DNA of 58,704 nt, counting the filler, from Catajapyx aquilonaris (taxonomy: Eukaryota): the NCBI GenBank assembly GCA_000934665.2. It is 3 parts of 3 records of this genome, joined end to end, with 100 filler letters (N's around TTAATTAATTAA, not from the genome) between each part and the next. Parts side by side here need not be neighbours in the genome. Positions count along the whole stretch, not along the records: positions 1 to 19,535 come from KZ539540.1; 2 more parts are not named here. One strand, written 5' to 3'. The notes below the pieces were generated by a model. That model searched no databases. It was given only the letters and a program-made list of their open reading frames with translations, and was not told where the DNA came from. Position numbers and translations under genes: made by a program. The number at the start of each line of letters is the position of its first letter. The first letter of the stretch is position 1. Of the stretch, positions 1 through 14,159 are shown one piece after another.

Positions 1-414
1 CGAAAAAAGTGGGGGGAATCAAGGTAGAAGGGATTTGGAGCTGGCAGAGTGGCTCCCGGCAAATGCGCGCGGCCAAAATTCGGATGTTACTGTCGCTCAT
101 ATCTCGGAAACGGCTGGACAGTGCGAGCTAACACTTTCACCACTGTGTCTATCGCACATGAATGACCCCTCAAGCCAGTTTCAACCAAATCGGAGGTTCT
201 CGACTCTGACCGTTCCCTTGTTAGTTTGAGTTTGTAAGATTTTCTGCATCCGCATATGTGCCAGCACTCCACATCAGTCTACATAATTTTCTCTCCCAGG
301 TTTATTTAATCTACAATGTGAATATAATTCTTGGGTATTAGGATGGGGCAAGACAGATTTCTGGCCATGGCAGCCCTTATTTGGGTGTCTCAGTAAAGAT
401 ATGCAGCAAATGTT

Positions 415-561
415 GTATCAACAGTGCAAAAAGAACTGTCCCAGTCATCCTGACGTGTGGGCTGGCCGCTCGACACACACCATGTAAGTTACATGGTGTG
501 TGTCGAGCGGGCAGCACACACATCAGGATGACTGGGACAATTCTTTTTGAACTGATGATAC
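415..561. repeat. Near-perfect 147-bp palindrome (fold-back/MITE-like hairpin)
   Basis: Two ~73-bp arms (gtatcaacagtgcaaaaagaactgtcccagtcatcc...catgtaa / ttacatg...ggatgactgggacaattctttttgaactgatgatac) with a 1-nt spacer and about 6 mismatches. Confidence 0.85.
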
Positions 562-1055
562 CTTAGTTTCACTGCGATTTTAGAATGCAGCATTAGCTGA
601 ATCCCTCCTCATGCCATGTCACAGACTGCCATACTGACAATCCCCACCCTTCTTTTTCTTGTATGGATGAGTCTCCTCATTTATATTTTCCTTAACTTCC
701 TCTAATTTTAGAAGATAAGAAACCTGAGATAGTACAACTTTTAAAAACTCAATAAGTAAGTGTACTTAGTTTTCAATTATTATATTTGAATGAGAACATT
801 GCATTTTAACATTTCCTTTTAAAACACGGCATCCAAAGTCATTACGTGCATTGTTAGGTAACCTTTGCAAACATTACATCTCAAAGAGGGGCATTTCCTG
901 CATACAAATCGATTGGAGCTCTGTGTTCGTGAAAATTATACTGAAAATAGGTCAAAATGTGTTCTTATTCCTTCATTTGTAGTTGGGGAATGTTCCTTTA
1001 AATGAGCATTCAAAAATAGTAATTATTTGTAATTAGTTTTGTCTGATTACACTGA

Positions 1056-1594
1056 CAAGGGAAGTGTCTGTAGGGCCATCGGCCAATCGGCCCGAAAATG
1101 ACACTAGGGGTAAATCGCAGGCCAGAAATTCATTGGTGAAAGTAAAAAGTCGCATTAGCCAAGCGTTTTCGAGCATCGGCAGAAGAAAAAAAAAGTAATT
1201 CACTTCCCAGCAAGCTGTTTATTTATTCCTGTTGATTGCAAAAGGGAAGATATGCGGTGATAAACGGTGTTGGGGAAGAAAGAAAAAGAAACCGATGCTC
1301 CGAGACGAGAGAGGGAGGGGGGAAAAAAAGTCGCTTCCCGCGGACTTAAACGCCGAGACTTCGGATCATGACGCGGACGCGCTACCGACTGAGCCACGAA
1401 GACTTTATAATTTCTTCTGCCGAATGCGCCCCATTGTCACTGAGCAGGTTTGCCGGGCACCTATAGTCGCCCATATCTCGAAAACGCTTGGCTAATGCGA
1501 CTTTTTACTTTCACCAATGAATTTCCGGCCTGCGATTTACCCCTAGTGTCATTTTCGGGCCGATTGGCCGATGGCCCTACAGACACTTCCCTTG
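1056..1594. mobile_element. Non-autonomous DNA transposon (MITE) with ~115-bp TIRs
   Basis: Termini caagggaagtgtctgtagggcc... / ...ggccctacagacacttcccttg, arms almost identical. TGA lies on both flanks (possible 3-bp TSD). No coding capacity. Confidence 0.85.
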
Positions 1595-1705
1595 TGAGAA
1601 GTTTCAATTCAGGTCTAGTATTAACGCAACAGTGAATATTCAGCATGCAGTTCTGAATGGAATATCCCTTTTCGCACTTGCTCCTATATATCGTGGAATT
1701 AACTA

Positions 1706-2353
1706 CAGTAAAACTTCTATAAGTCGAATCTCCATGGGACCGGGAAAAAACTTCGAGTTATAGAAGATTCGAGTTAGAGAAGTTTGGCTTTTTTTTAGCA
1801 CATAACTCTGTAAGGAAGCCTACCTTTATATCCAGCAACAAAAGGTGTTCAAAACTTAAAAATAACTGTCACTATCACACTTACAATGTTCCTCATTGTT
1901 TTGTTGTGAAAAAATGTACTTTATGGACATTTTGCCTACTCTTAGATTCAAGGATTCAATTGTCACAATCGAGTGAAACACTTCTTTCGGTACATCTGGT
2001 AGACGGAGATCAGGAAATTGAGCCTTTCTGTACATGTGGCCTACTCTGTACCCTTCGGCTGGAAAATGAGAAAATTTTCCGTACTCGCCAACATGAACTT
2101 CGACTTACGGAGACTGAAAATGCATTGATATCCCATCATAAAGGGCCGTACGATGGGATATCAATGCATTTTCAGCATGTCTGGCATTTTTCAGTGCCTG
2201 CACTTCGAGTTATGGAGAAATTCGAGTTGTAGAAATTCGAGCTAGGGAAGTTTATTTCCTATTATTTTACATTGTGACCAACCAAGCTCATCATTTTCTT
2301 CGACTTATAGAGAATTTCGACTTAGGGAAGTTCGACTTATAGAAGTTTTACTG
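1706..2353. mobile_element. Tc1/mariner-pogo (Tigger-like) MITE
   Basis: TIR cagtaaaacttctataagtcgaa / ttcgacttatagaagttttactg, TA on both sides, subterminal ttcgagttatag repeats. Confidence 0.85.
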
Positions 2354-2917
2354 TAACTAACTCTAACTAGCTAAACTCTAAACACGATGGTTCCATCTTA
2401 CCCCACATTTTCATGTCTGGCAGTAAAATAACTTTGTACAATATCATACACTACAGTAGAGTAAAAACCAGAATAAATAAAATCAATTATTAGCTCTAAA
2501 AAGAGGCTGAAAGGGATCATAAAATCTGCTAATTAAGATCTTTTTCCGACCCAAAATGTATGTGATAATAAAAATTCCGGTTAAAATTTATTTATTTATT
2601 TTTGTTACTGTGTTGGGCTGTATGCCATTGTGGTTAATAACGAGACCTAAAATGGCATAAAATTTCACAGTGTTACATTTGCCACTCTTTCTAAGGTTAA
2701 AAAGTATCATCCCGTATTTAGCAAAAAAGACCAGCTAGTTTGACGCCCAGTACGATCAATTGCAATTACATATTTAACATTACAAGTAAGCGATAGAGTT
2801 TACTTTTCTGATGTGCATATGCACAGTGGTGGAATGGCATGAAGCATCATAATTCAAAGTTTGCATTTTCAACATTAATGGAGTGGAATGACTTGGAATG
2901 ATGATCCATGTGATATT

Positions 2918-3340
2918 TTATGTACAAGCTGTTTGTGAATCCTTCCTCACACTTTGCATACGAGTATGGCTTCGTGCATGAATTATCAGAGCCCTTTCAC
3001 AATTAAATCCCTTTCTGCACACATTGCAAGTGTAAGGCCGTATGCCATAATGCACAGCTCGAGTGTGCGCAGTGAGAGTACTTTTTGCGTGAATCTCTTC
3101 CTGCAGCGTTCACAAGCAAATGGCTTTTCCACATTGTGTTTTATCTGACATGCCTTGTGGTTTCGCATGTGATATTTAAGAGCCCTTCCATAAGGGAATG
3201 CACCACCACACACATTGAAATGCTGTATTCCACTATGAAGGTTTTTCAAATGTGCTGTGAGAGTACTCTTTTGGGTGAAACTTCTTGGACACAAAACGCA
3301 TCTAAACGGCTTCTCCCATGTGTGAATTAACTTATGAGCC
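2918..3340 (-). pseudogene. C2H2 zinc-finger gene relic (terminal exon, frameshifted)
   Basis: HTWEKPFRCVLCPRSFTQKSTLTAHLKNLH; the second finger lacks its first Cys; then EKPFACERCRKRFTQK. A 1-nt shift near 3080 restores STLTAHTRAVHYGIRPYTCNVCRKGFNCERALIIHARSH... to a stop at 2918-2920. Candidate AG acceptor at 3341-3342. Confidence 0.7.
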
Positions 3341-4143
3341 CTTAAAATAATGCCCTTTATTTTAAAATTTTTAGGTAGGGAGGCCATTTCCAAATCTTCA
3401 GAAAGAAGGACACAGCTGGTAGGTACAGTATATCGTATATGCTTTATAAAATACAATACATATACAGTACAATACATTATGTGACCCCTTTGACTTAACA
3501 TAACTGAAACAGGAGTCAATTTTTGGATAATTTGCCAAGGGTTCATTCATACACTATTTGTTGATACGCCAGCGACAAGGGCTTTTTTGTTGTATAATTT
3601 CTTTGTACGTGCTACCAAAAAGTTGCAATTATGTGATATTGTGTGAGAGTGTCTTTCCGATACTATGGGAAACAGCAATCGGAAATAAAGAACTTATTTA
3701 CTAACTAATATAACTGAAACACACAAATTACAACATTATTTTACTTAACACACTAATAAGGCTAAAAATGTAACCTAAATCAAACAGTCCTATAAGTTGG
3801 ATATTTGGGCAGTAAATGACATAATGTCATTTATGCTCCAAGGAGAGTTGCCTACCCCTTATTGGAGCAATCCTGGTGTAAGTCCCATACCAGGTGTGAA
3901 AGATGCTGGCCGACGAAGATCCTAGCAATATTTCTGGGGGCACCTCTATGGACAAAATAATATTGTGTATGACAAATAATAAGTGTGTGGCTGTCAGTTT
4001 TGACATGTTAATAATTTTGTTGTGAATTTGCGAATTTTAAATATTTGCTGAAAATTTCCTTCTCAAATTTTTTATTGAAATTAATTTTTACTAAAACCAT
4101 TTTTGTTAAAATTGAGGAATGATCAAAGGAAATTTTATAAATA

Positions 4144-4292
4144 CAGTTGAGACCAGATATAACAGCCTCGAAAGGACGGTCCCGGCATAATTCCATATAA
4201 TTATGGTTTGTGTATTTGGCTGTTGCAGACCTTGGTTATAACAAGACTGATTTTCGCGGTCCCTTGAAATCTATTATATCCGGATTCAATTG
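4144..4292. mobile_element. Short Tc1/pogo-like MITE, decayed
   Basis: TA-cagttgagaccagatataac ... ttatatccggattcaattg-TA imperfect TIRs. Confidence 0.55.
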
Positions 4293-4682
4293 TATTACAC
4301 CCAGTCAACAATGATGTAAGTCCATGTTGATTATGTAGGATCATTATGGTGTAAGTCACTTATGATTTTTTATCAGTAAATCATTGTTTTGTTACAGTAG
4401 CAATACATGCAAAAAAGACTGCCCTGTAATGATTGCCAATCTGACATGATTTCCCTTTTTTCTCTGACCTTCCAAACTTGCAGGTGAATTATCCCAACTT
4501 GAGCTTTTTGGACTTGGGCCACTTTTGTTCTAGGGGCCTCAATTATAGGCCTGTAATCTGCATAATCATGTTGTTGCATAAATCTGATATAAAGGAAGTG
4601 ATTGATATTAAGTCATATCAGGTTAAATAGGCAGTGAGAGTGTGATAGGGAAATGAAGTGGTAAGGGACTGCACTCAAAATA

Positions 4683-5411
4683 CAGGGTCACAAAAAATAA
4701 TGTCGCAATTTAAAAACCATATAACTCGAAAACTTGCCAACAGATCTAAATGATTTAAGTTTTGAAATGCTAAGAAATGTATATAGTTTTTGGTCTCACC
4801 AAGTTTGTTTGTCGCTCAGCAGATTTTAGAAGGCTATGATCGGTGTCGTGCCAAAACAAAACCCACTCTATCATATCTGGAGTTACTGTTGCAATTATTC
4901 TATCCCCTAGGACCTAGGTGATGGATATAACAGGTCTTTACACCACACACATTGTTCTTGATGATGCACATAAAAAGTCGCCTCATCCATGAAACAAACC
5001 TAGCCGTATGAAAATTTCATTTGTTCAGCGTCCCAGTGTGTGAAGTGTTGAATGAGAAGTTTCCCAATGCCTAGTGCCCCCAGGGTTCCTGGCCATATCC
5101 TGCCCATATCTTACCCTGATGGCCTTTTTTGTGGAGATACATGTATGGTGAAAAGATTCGGCATCTCCAGCACACATGGGATAGGATCACAGCAGTGGTG
5201 ACGCCAGACATGTCTGACCAGGTTAGTCACGACACTGATTACCATATTTAAATTTTCCGAGCGACAAATGAAGCTTATATCGAAACAAACTAAGGTGAGA
5301 CCAAAACTTTAGACATTTCTTAGCATTTCAAAACTTAAATCACTAAGATATGTCTACAAGTTTTCGAGTTATAGGGTTTTTAAAATGGGTCATTCTTTTT
5401 CGATGACCCTG
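4683..5411. mobile_element. Tc1/mariner-derived non-autonomous element with long TIRs
   Basis: TA-cagggtca... / ...tgaccctg-TA with ~130-bp imperfect inverted arms. The interior keeps traces resembling a Tc1/mariner transposase C-terminus (FLW.Y, RATNEAYIE). Confidence 0.75.
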
Positions 5412-8400
5412 TATTTTAACTTACTCTCCTGTAAAGTTAGGTTGGATTGAGATTCATCTGACATTCTCAATGCTGAGAAACCTCATTTTCCATAATATTT
5501 GTTAGTTTTAAGCTTAGGGTGAGAGAGAGTGGAGATAACAACTTTGCATCTCATTTCAGAATGAGCCAGAAGTGGATTGATGAGCAAGAAATGATTTTTA
5601 GTTCTGACTGAAGCTCTCTTTTTTACGACCCTGTATAATGCTGTGATGATTGAGAGATGCCAGAATACAACTTTCGCAAAATGTGACAGAATTCTTTGAA
5701 TTGCTTTCATTATTATTGCTGCTGCATCCACCTGAAGATCGAAAAAAAAAATCTCGAAATTTAAAAAAAATCATCTGTTCATGGTGGGATGGTGGAGTGA
5801 CACAATGTGAATGGCCTGTAATATCTCAAATCATATCCAATAAATCTGGCAAGGATCAGTAATAAAGCACATAAAATGATTGTGACAAATAGTAATTATT
5901 GCTATATGTGAGCGCATTTCATAATAACTTTGTCCAAGAATTACAACCTAAAACAGTGCTCAAGAACAATATATGTGACAAATGCCAAAAAACAACAACA
6001 CATCAATCATATTAATAATGAGTATTTTTTGCCCATAGCTAAATCAAAAAATATTAACCACTCATTTCCCAGAGAAAAATTTGCACAAATTACACAATTG
6101 CACAGAAAAGACTAATTCTTAAGATGTACGGTGTAATCCATTTGGCATTATATTTACAATCCGTATTCTGCCAAAGATTATAATTACACAAAATCCATGA
6201 CACCAATATGGTCTTACACCTTGACATGCACTTGCACTATATATCGAGACAGGTTAAGATTTGAGCAATATACCATACATATCTTTTTTAAATGTATATC
6301 ACCTGCCTAAAGACATCTTGCAACTCAAAACTTCACTATTGGCACTGAGTTTGAAGAAGGCAGGCTTTACACCTTTTCTTGCCGACATCTGCCTACCAGC
6401 TAAGGCTCGTTTATTACAACCGTCATAAGAATCACGATATAAGCACTGTACAAATTATGTACAAGTCTCACTTCCATTTTCTTTTCTTTTTACACTGATG
6501 CAAGTATACATAATTAGTGCACTATCACATAACACAATTTGAAAATAAAAATAGAGAGTAACTGAGTACAAAATGTTGGGATACTTGATCTGTCCATTCT
6601 GAATGACAATGCACACATTTGGATGACAATACCCATTTAAAATGGTGATTGATAGATTTAAATCTCGCCAATTTTCAAATGGATCTGTTCACATGGAGCA
6701 AGTTTGGTTCCAAAATTGTTCATAATGATAATGTGAGGTGTAGTACATGCAGAAAACTTGATGATCTGTTTTCCCTTAGTTTCAGCAGTAGGCATGTATG
6801 ATAAATTCCCATCCTTGACATAATTAGTGATTTTCACATGCAGTAACTAACCATTGAACTATCAACAAATGAAGGCCAAATGACGCATCAAGTTCTCTGA
6901 ACAAAAAGGCGGGGTCAAAGGCAATTTGTTTATTCGCAATTCTCACAATAACACTTTATATACCAACCTGCTACACCAGAGGCATGCACGGTAAGTGACA
7001 AATCTTAAGCCCATGCAACACAACGTGACTTGCAATTTTTAACAGTCACAAGCACCTGGTCTTGAACTTTTGACTATCTGACTGAGGAAATGCAAGGCCA
7101 GCCATGCTTGTGAGACTGAAAATTGTGGAAAGCAAAGCAATACAGATTGCAATTGGTGTAGTGGGACCAGGATATTAAAAGAACTAAATAAGATTGGATA
7201 AGGACATGCCTTGGATGTACAATTTTACATTGAACATTTTCTGACTCGCCCAACACACCCACACATAGAGCAGCTATTCCATTCGGTCATAAAAGTTGAT
7301 GAGCGAAATGTAAGTTGACCCCAACTTGAACTGATCAACTTCTTAAAGTTGGCCAGTGCAAGGCAACTTTAGGAGCCAACCTGGTATGAGAACCTTCCAC
7401 ATGAACACCCAGATTCAAATAGTATATGAACCAAACAAGTTATTTTATGCCATGCAAATGGTCCTACTTGTTCATTAATTTTTGGGTTATGAGAATCAAC
7501 TATCACACATACAACAAACCATTTACATTTTCAAAACTGAACTGCCCAAATGGCAACTTTTAAAAAAGGTCAAGTGATTCAATTCAATTAGTCCATACAG
7601 AACCAGATTGTCAGTTCAATAACCAATCAACCATAATTAAATTCAACAGATCATTCTGTATGGAAGTAAATTAAGATCATTTTCAAATTATTCTGGAATT
7701 TGGAAGGTGCAGATTTCTTGTTTGCAATTTTTACAGCAATGACAGATTATGTCAAATTTTTAGAGTTACATATTGCAGGCTAAAAAAGTGTCATTAAATT
7801 AATGTGTGGACTGTCATGCTGGTCCATTACAAATCCCACTTGACAGTTTCTACCTTTTGCAACCAGCATTGCTTGAAATACAAATTCTTAAACCTTCCAT
7901 TTTTTCCTGCTAGGGCCATTTTAAAGTTGAAAAATTGCAATTTGGTCAATTTAATGCCTGATTTTCACATTTTTTCAGAATACAAGCAAAAACTGTGTTT
8001 CACTTTTGTTTCTGATATTATTAGTTCCAATGTCAACTAAAAATCATTGCCACAGCAACAAAATTTGATGCTGGGACTCATCCTCTTTGCATCATAACCC
8101 ACAGGTTGACACAGTATTATTCTTTTCCCAAAAACTAAATATTTCATCACAAAGTGTCATATTTACATGAAAAATACTGCCCTCCCAAGGTGAAACACCC
8201 TATGTCCAAAACCAGTAAGGACGTACAGTGTTTCACCTTAGAAAGACAGAATAGCACAAATCCTACCTACCACCTTATACATGAAAGGTATGGCTTCAGG
8301 TGGACACAAGAGTCACAATTCTATCACATGATCATTTAATAATTACATATTAGCCCTTTTCCCCATCTGCAGTTTCAGGAACAATCCAGAGTCACAGCAA

Positions 8401-10834
8401 GAGTTCTAAAAACAATTAAAAACACTGATTCCAGGAGTAAAGTGAAATTCTTTTTAAAATTTAATTTCAAATGTAAAATGGCATGCACAGGTTGACCAGC
8501 GAGATAGCCAGATGTTAGAACTGCAGCCCAAGCCATACAGCATGTCAAAGTGGAACAAGTCCAATGTACACACACACACACAGCCTACACTCTCTATCAC
8601 AAATATTTTGGACAACTTGGGAGTCATATTCTAACTTTCTCAGTTGAACAACCCAACCAAACATGACAAACTAATTTGGAGGCAGAGAGGGATGTAGAAA
8701 CTGATCACACAAATTAAAATACCTTTTACCATCAGTAGCTCTACAAAGTTCAAAATAAAATTCTTTTTATGTAATAATGTGTAATGTAATAAAATTTATT
8801 TCTATGTGTTCCTAATGAAGAGACCATATACAAGGGCAGATTAAATGAGAGCAAATCATCATACATAAGCATGACTGCAAATAAATATAAAAACATGAAT
8901 TCTTAGTCTAGGCCTCTAGGGTTTCAGACCATATGAAACCGCAGAATACATGTTCCTGTATTTTGTTTCTTACCATGTCCATGTACAGCTGACTGATTAA
9001 TTTTCATTTGATGAACCCTTTTGCAATGTCTATTCCTCAATCTATTCATGTATACTGTGTGTTTCAGAATTCAGCTCACATCCATATTGATTGGAATGTT
9101 GCAGACTCTCCTGCGTCACTGGGGCGGTATTCCTGTGCCCTCCATTTTAGTCAGTCAAATGAAATGAAAGGGCAGTCCCCCTGCACAACTCCCCCCACCC
9201 CCCAGGGTACAAACAGGTCTTGTGGGAGTAGCAATATTTCTTCCGATTAAGTTCACATCCTTATCAGCAGAAACGTCAATACAGATGTGAGCTAAATTTT
9301 AAGACCTGGTAAAGTCTGCACTTGGTATCTCTCTCTCACCCTCTCTGCATCTCTCTGAAAGTCATGCCATCGTCTAACTGGGCTGTCAATTACAAATTAT
9401 AGATTACCAGATTATGTGCCAAACATTTTTTCATTAACAGTGCAAATTATTACGTATCATTTGACAGTAATTAGTCAATTGCCAGAAGAGGCTTTGGAAG
9501 TTGTGGTTTTTGAAGGATATAATTATATTGAAAATGGATGTACCCTGAATGGGTGAACAATAATCAGGGTTCTAGTCTTTGTTCTAAACACTTTACTCGG
9601 CCCATATGAGTAACTGGTCAAACCAAGCATTGCTGAGGGAAGAATTATGGTACAATAAGCACTTCTTAATCTGCTCATTAGAACTACACTTGATCCAACT
9701 CTGAAGAGTCCAGCTCTTTGCATAGGACAGAAATACAGATAAAGTGTGTTCCAATTAAAGTGTTTACGAGAGTTAGCAATTTTTTATTATTAAGCACTTA
9801 CTACAAGACAATTACTTTTAGAGGGGCTATCAAAAAATTTGCTGCCGATATTAAGTCGAATAAAAAGCACGTCTGAGTCACAGATCAGTGCCTTTGCACC
9901 AGTAGCAGTAGTGGCTGGATTTTGTCATTAGCCAAGATCTTACTAAGGATTTGTACACAATGCAGTCTTGAAAAATATGGTAGATATTGCAGACATGTAC
10001 ATAGCAAATATTTGGATGAAAAAAAGTACCAGAGATTTGCATGCCACTGTGAGTCTAGCTGAAAGCTTATCTGAGACCAAGGCATCTTAATCCATTAACC
10101 TGTTGCAATGGTATCCAAACAACACTGGCTGGGAGTGTGCAGTGTCACACCAATACTGCTACCAGCCTGTGGCCCAAACTATGCCATGCCTCTTCAGTGG
10201 CTTCCCCTTTCACTACCATCAGACTGTGAATCCTGCCAATTGTAATAGCCTGGGATGTATGTCCCATCCTAACCTAATATTAGCAGGTAATATTTTGCCA
10301 GTCCATAAAATGATTGTTCAAAAGTAACTGCCAAATAATATGCAACATAAGAACAAAAATTACCAACCACTCTGGGACCTCAACTGGAACACAGTATAGA
10401 AGCACATGAACAGATGCACGTCACATCGGGTGCATGACAAATAACATTTTGTATTGGCATGGTAAAAAATTAATCAACTCACAAATCAAGTGTAATGGAC
10501 TACATTCAAACTGATAATACTTATAGTACAGAATCACTATACATCAATGAGGTAAATGTAGTTAATGTCACCAAAGTTCCAAATCAATGGTGTTTGGAAT
10601 TCTCACAGTCATCGAGATATGATGTAGTTATCATGAAAACCAAGATATTGGTTTGTATAATACGAAATACAGTCTGTTTGATTCACAACATAATGACAAG
10701 ACAGAAAACGTAATTTTATTCTGGCTTGCAACTTCTTTGGTGAGCAAACTGCCCAACAATGAGCAGCAAACATTAGCTGCCATTTAATTTATGAAAGCTC
10801 TCATCGTTTGGCTGAACCTAAACCCACCTAAGCT

Positions 10835-11167
10835 TCACCCTCCTTGACTCTTCTTCCCTGCTTCAGGATAACTGGGGAAATCAGCCACATCAATCTTGTC
10901 CTGCACTTTGTATGAGGGGTATAGCCCCACTTTCTTAGTTCTGAGGTTCTTCCCCTTAGAAAATCCATCCCAGTGGTTTCCAGCCACTCCCAAAACATCA
11001 CCTGGTTCCATCTGCAACTCTCCTCCCTTTCGAGGAGTGTGATGATACAAGGCCACCTGGTTGTGAGCGTTCTGTCCACCATAATAGTAGATATCATCCA
11101 GAGATCGGAAGCGCTCCGAGGCATCCGGGTGGAGAGTCTGCATTATCTCATAGGCAATTCTGCACAC
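10835..11167 (-). CDS. FUT8: Alpha-(1,6)-fucosyltransferase, last coding exon (SH3 domain)
   Basis: [32 protein letters not shown]...[13 protein letters not shown]...GLYPSYKV matches the FUT8 C-terminus. cag acceptor at 11168-11170, phase 0. Confidence 0.95.
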   Translation of the reverse strand: MCRIAYEIMQTLHPDASERFRSLDDIYYYGGQNAHNQVALYHHTPRKGGELQMEPGDVLGVAGNHWDGFSKGKNLRTKKVGLYPSYKVQDKIDVADFPSYPEAGKKSQGG

Positions 11168-11452
11168 CTGGAAGAGGCGAAAAAAGGAGAGACTTGGTTA
11201 GGAGTAACTTAGTATGTTGCACAAGTGCAAGTAGAGCAAAAACCTATGCAGATGGAGTATATTGGGCAGTGATAAGCTTGGGAATAACTTCATCTACAGT
11301 ATCTTAAATAAACATTTTAAAGTTGGTCTAGCATCAGTTTGAGGATGTGCTTCTCTACATAATTATGCAATTGACTCCTAGCAGTCACAGGTAGTGGCTA
11401 GTTCCAGGCAGTCCCAGAAATAATGGTCAAGTACACCCAAATATACTGTCTT

Positions 11453-11453
<1 letters not shown>

Positions 11454-11524
<71 letters not shown>

Positions 11525-11534
11525 TCTCTCTCTC
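11454..11534. repeat. (CT)n microsatellite
   Basis: About 40 CT units in the FUT8 intron. Confidence 0.95.
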
Positions 11535-12351
11535 ACTCCCTCTTTTATGCCATTTACATTTTAGAAGACATCCCTAAACATGTTGTATTATTTGCTTACA
11601 TTTGAGGAAGGGGGAAAACTGGGTAGGTCATTTAGTATTCTGATGCATGACTTGTTATCAGTTTACTTCAACTTGATGATTTTAAGACTCTCTGAGCAAT
11701 TACACAATTAAATTTCTTTTAGCGACAGAGAAGAAAACAATATTAATAAGCTTTTACTTGTGACTAACAACGAATATTAGCAGAGCTATTAGAACATTCC
11801 TAGTTGCTACTAATTTTACTGACATACCATATGTATTGCAATTGAGCTCACATTCATATTGGTGGAAACACTGTACACTCATTAGTCCCATTGGTCCCCC
11901 TGACTCCATGAGAGGGGAGGTGCATGTGGAGAGTGTGCCTTTAGTTCTCGGGCCAGGCTCATTCTCAGAGAGTACCATCAAGTACAGAACTACCACCTTC
12001 ATGCCTCAGAGTCTGCCCAATATTCACTGATACAGCTGTGAGCTCAATTCCGATCAACACAATTGACAAAATCTATGGATCTCAATTCCAGCACAAATGC
12101 AAGAACCTTACCAAGCACAGGGCAATACTACAATAAGGATCTCATTACATGTAGTGTTTTGGCAAGTAGATTCCATGAAATAGCTCAATGTGGGAAGGAA
12201 TATCCCTCACTTTCCTCCACATATTTCAAAATTTGACATTTTCCACTAAATATGAATGTAAACAGAGTTAATGCAATATGGCACCTCAGGAGAAAGTACA
12301 CCTGTGCAGTTGTAAAGTACAAAAAAGGTTTAATATCATCGATATCATCAA

Positions 12352-13450
12352 CCCCTTCACTACCAGTTAGGCTGAAAACGCCTAGATATTCGCTTACGCC
12401 TACTCTGAAGATAAAGACAGAATATTTTACAAATAATAACAGCTATATTTACCCATTCATGGAAAGCACAATTTTACTCCTCTAGAAGTCCCTAAATTAA
12501 TTTCCAAAAAGACCACATTAAAAACTGGAAATTAGAGTACTAGCAGCCAACTGTCAGGCTGATTTAATTATGAAATACGCTAAAATATATGGAACAACAA
12601 CCTTGAGAAGGGTGCCAGACAAATTTGCTGAAATTGTCGTACTTTGCGAGAAATAAATGAATACTTCTTTGCAGCTTTTTGACACTTAGGAAAACTCCCA
12701 AATTGAATTGAAGTTTTCCAAAGTGCCAGCAAGCTGCAAATAAGCGGGTCACTTTGTGCTAACTAATAACTCCTTCCAGGAGATACTGGTTAGCACAAAG
12801 TGACCTGCGAATTTGGAACACCCTGTATATATACAGGTCTGTCAACTTCCCTCTTATCACATAGATCTTTAGTCTCTCTCTGTCTTNNNNNNNNNNCCCC
12901 CCCAATTCCCTCATCTACTAAATCGAGGACCAACACCCCTGCACTGAAGCAAAAATTATTTCTACTATATTATTAGAAAGGATGGTGAGAACGTGGCTTT
13001 GAACAGGCCCCAGTGATTGAAAAGGAACGAACGGACCATGCCTACTAATGTACGGAAAATGAGAGAAAGATCTGACGTCATCAAGGTTTCCATGGAAATA
13101 CCCTCACAGAACAATTCGAGTGAACAGTGTCAACAAAAAGCATCAATGGAAGAAATGATGACGTCAGATCGTTGTCTCGTTTTCCGTACATTAGATTTGA
13201 ATTAGCGGTTTGGGAGTCTTGACCCGCCTTGTTCCACCACCAGATTCGCTGTATGCCGACGATGAGTTAAAGTAACTAAAGGAACGGGACAAGCGCCGAA
13301 ACTAAAGTGAAGCGGCAACCCACCTAAAACTGATATGCCGCGGTCACGGGGATCTGACAAGGAAACCTATATGAAAAAAACGGAGTTGCAGGGGGGTGAT
13401 AGGCGTAAGCGAAAACCTAGGCGTTTTCGACCTAGCTGGTAGCGAAGGGG
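12352..13450. mobile_element. piggyBac-like non-autonomous element
   Basis: TIRs ccccttcactaccagttagg...cttacgccta / taggcgtaag...ctggtagcgaagggg. Flanks are tcaa (left) and ttaa (right), i.e. a decayed TTAA TSD. Confidence 0.7.
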
Positions 13451-13553
13451 TTAATAGCAATTTATAATTGTTTATCCTATGTTAGGTCTGTGACCTTTAT
13501 TTTAGGGGAGCCTTTTTTCAACATCTGACATGAATTGCTGCACTGCTGATATA

Positions 13554-14153
13554 CAGGGTGTTCCAAGTATATTAGTCCTTTTAGTTATACGAAATTTCAC
13601 TCGAAACTGTTATACACTGTACTCCCGATTATCCGGGCTAATGGCTGCATGGGTGTTGCCGGATAATTGGAAAATGGTCCTAGATACCGTCAAATGAGCT
13701 ATTCACAGGTTTTAAATGAATGACTGTACTGCTTTAAATAAGGTTTAATCAAAATTTTAAAAATTTCAGTAAATTTTTAGTTGGTCTTATGAAAAAAGTC
13801 TGTTATATTTCTATGTTTGCGAGAAAATTGATGTTTTTCCGGACTTTTCTTCATTTTAGCCATGCACAGATAATCCGGAACACGGATAATTCACACCCGG
13901 ATAATCGGGAGTAGGCCTACAGTGTATTTTTGTAGCTTGTTGAGCTCCAACCCAGGTTCCAATTTTAGTATATGCACTGCCGACGCACGTACAAGCCCCA
14001 ATCCAGGTGGCCTATTCTATCGCAATTGCTATCGTATATTCGACCACCTAGGAGTAACGGGACACCTGGATTGGGGCACAAGCTAAACAAAAATAGCTAC
14101 TTCAGTCGATATTAGTGATAACTAAAAATCACCCACGAACTTGGAACACCCTG
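13554..14153. mobile_element. Tc1/mariner MITE with a nested second MITE (13615-13924)
   Basis: Outer TA-cagggtgttccaagt / acttggaacaccctg-TA. Inner TA-cactgtactcccgattatccggg / cccggataatcgggagta(ggccta)cagtg-TA. Confidence 0.8.
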
Positions 14154-14159
14154 TATTTT

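Noticed and set aside
5424..5731. Possible upstream exon of the zinc-finger relic (good acceptor and GTAAGT donor on the minus strand)
   Set aside because: No protein similarity or frame link to the zinc-finger exon can be shown from sequence alone.
5900..10830. Short ORFs downstream of FUT8
   Set aside because: AT-rich, no recognisable domains or consistent splice pattern; probably 3' UTR or intergenic DNA.
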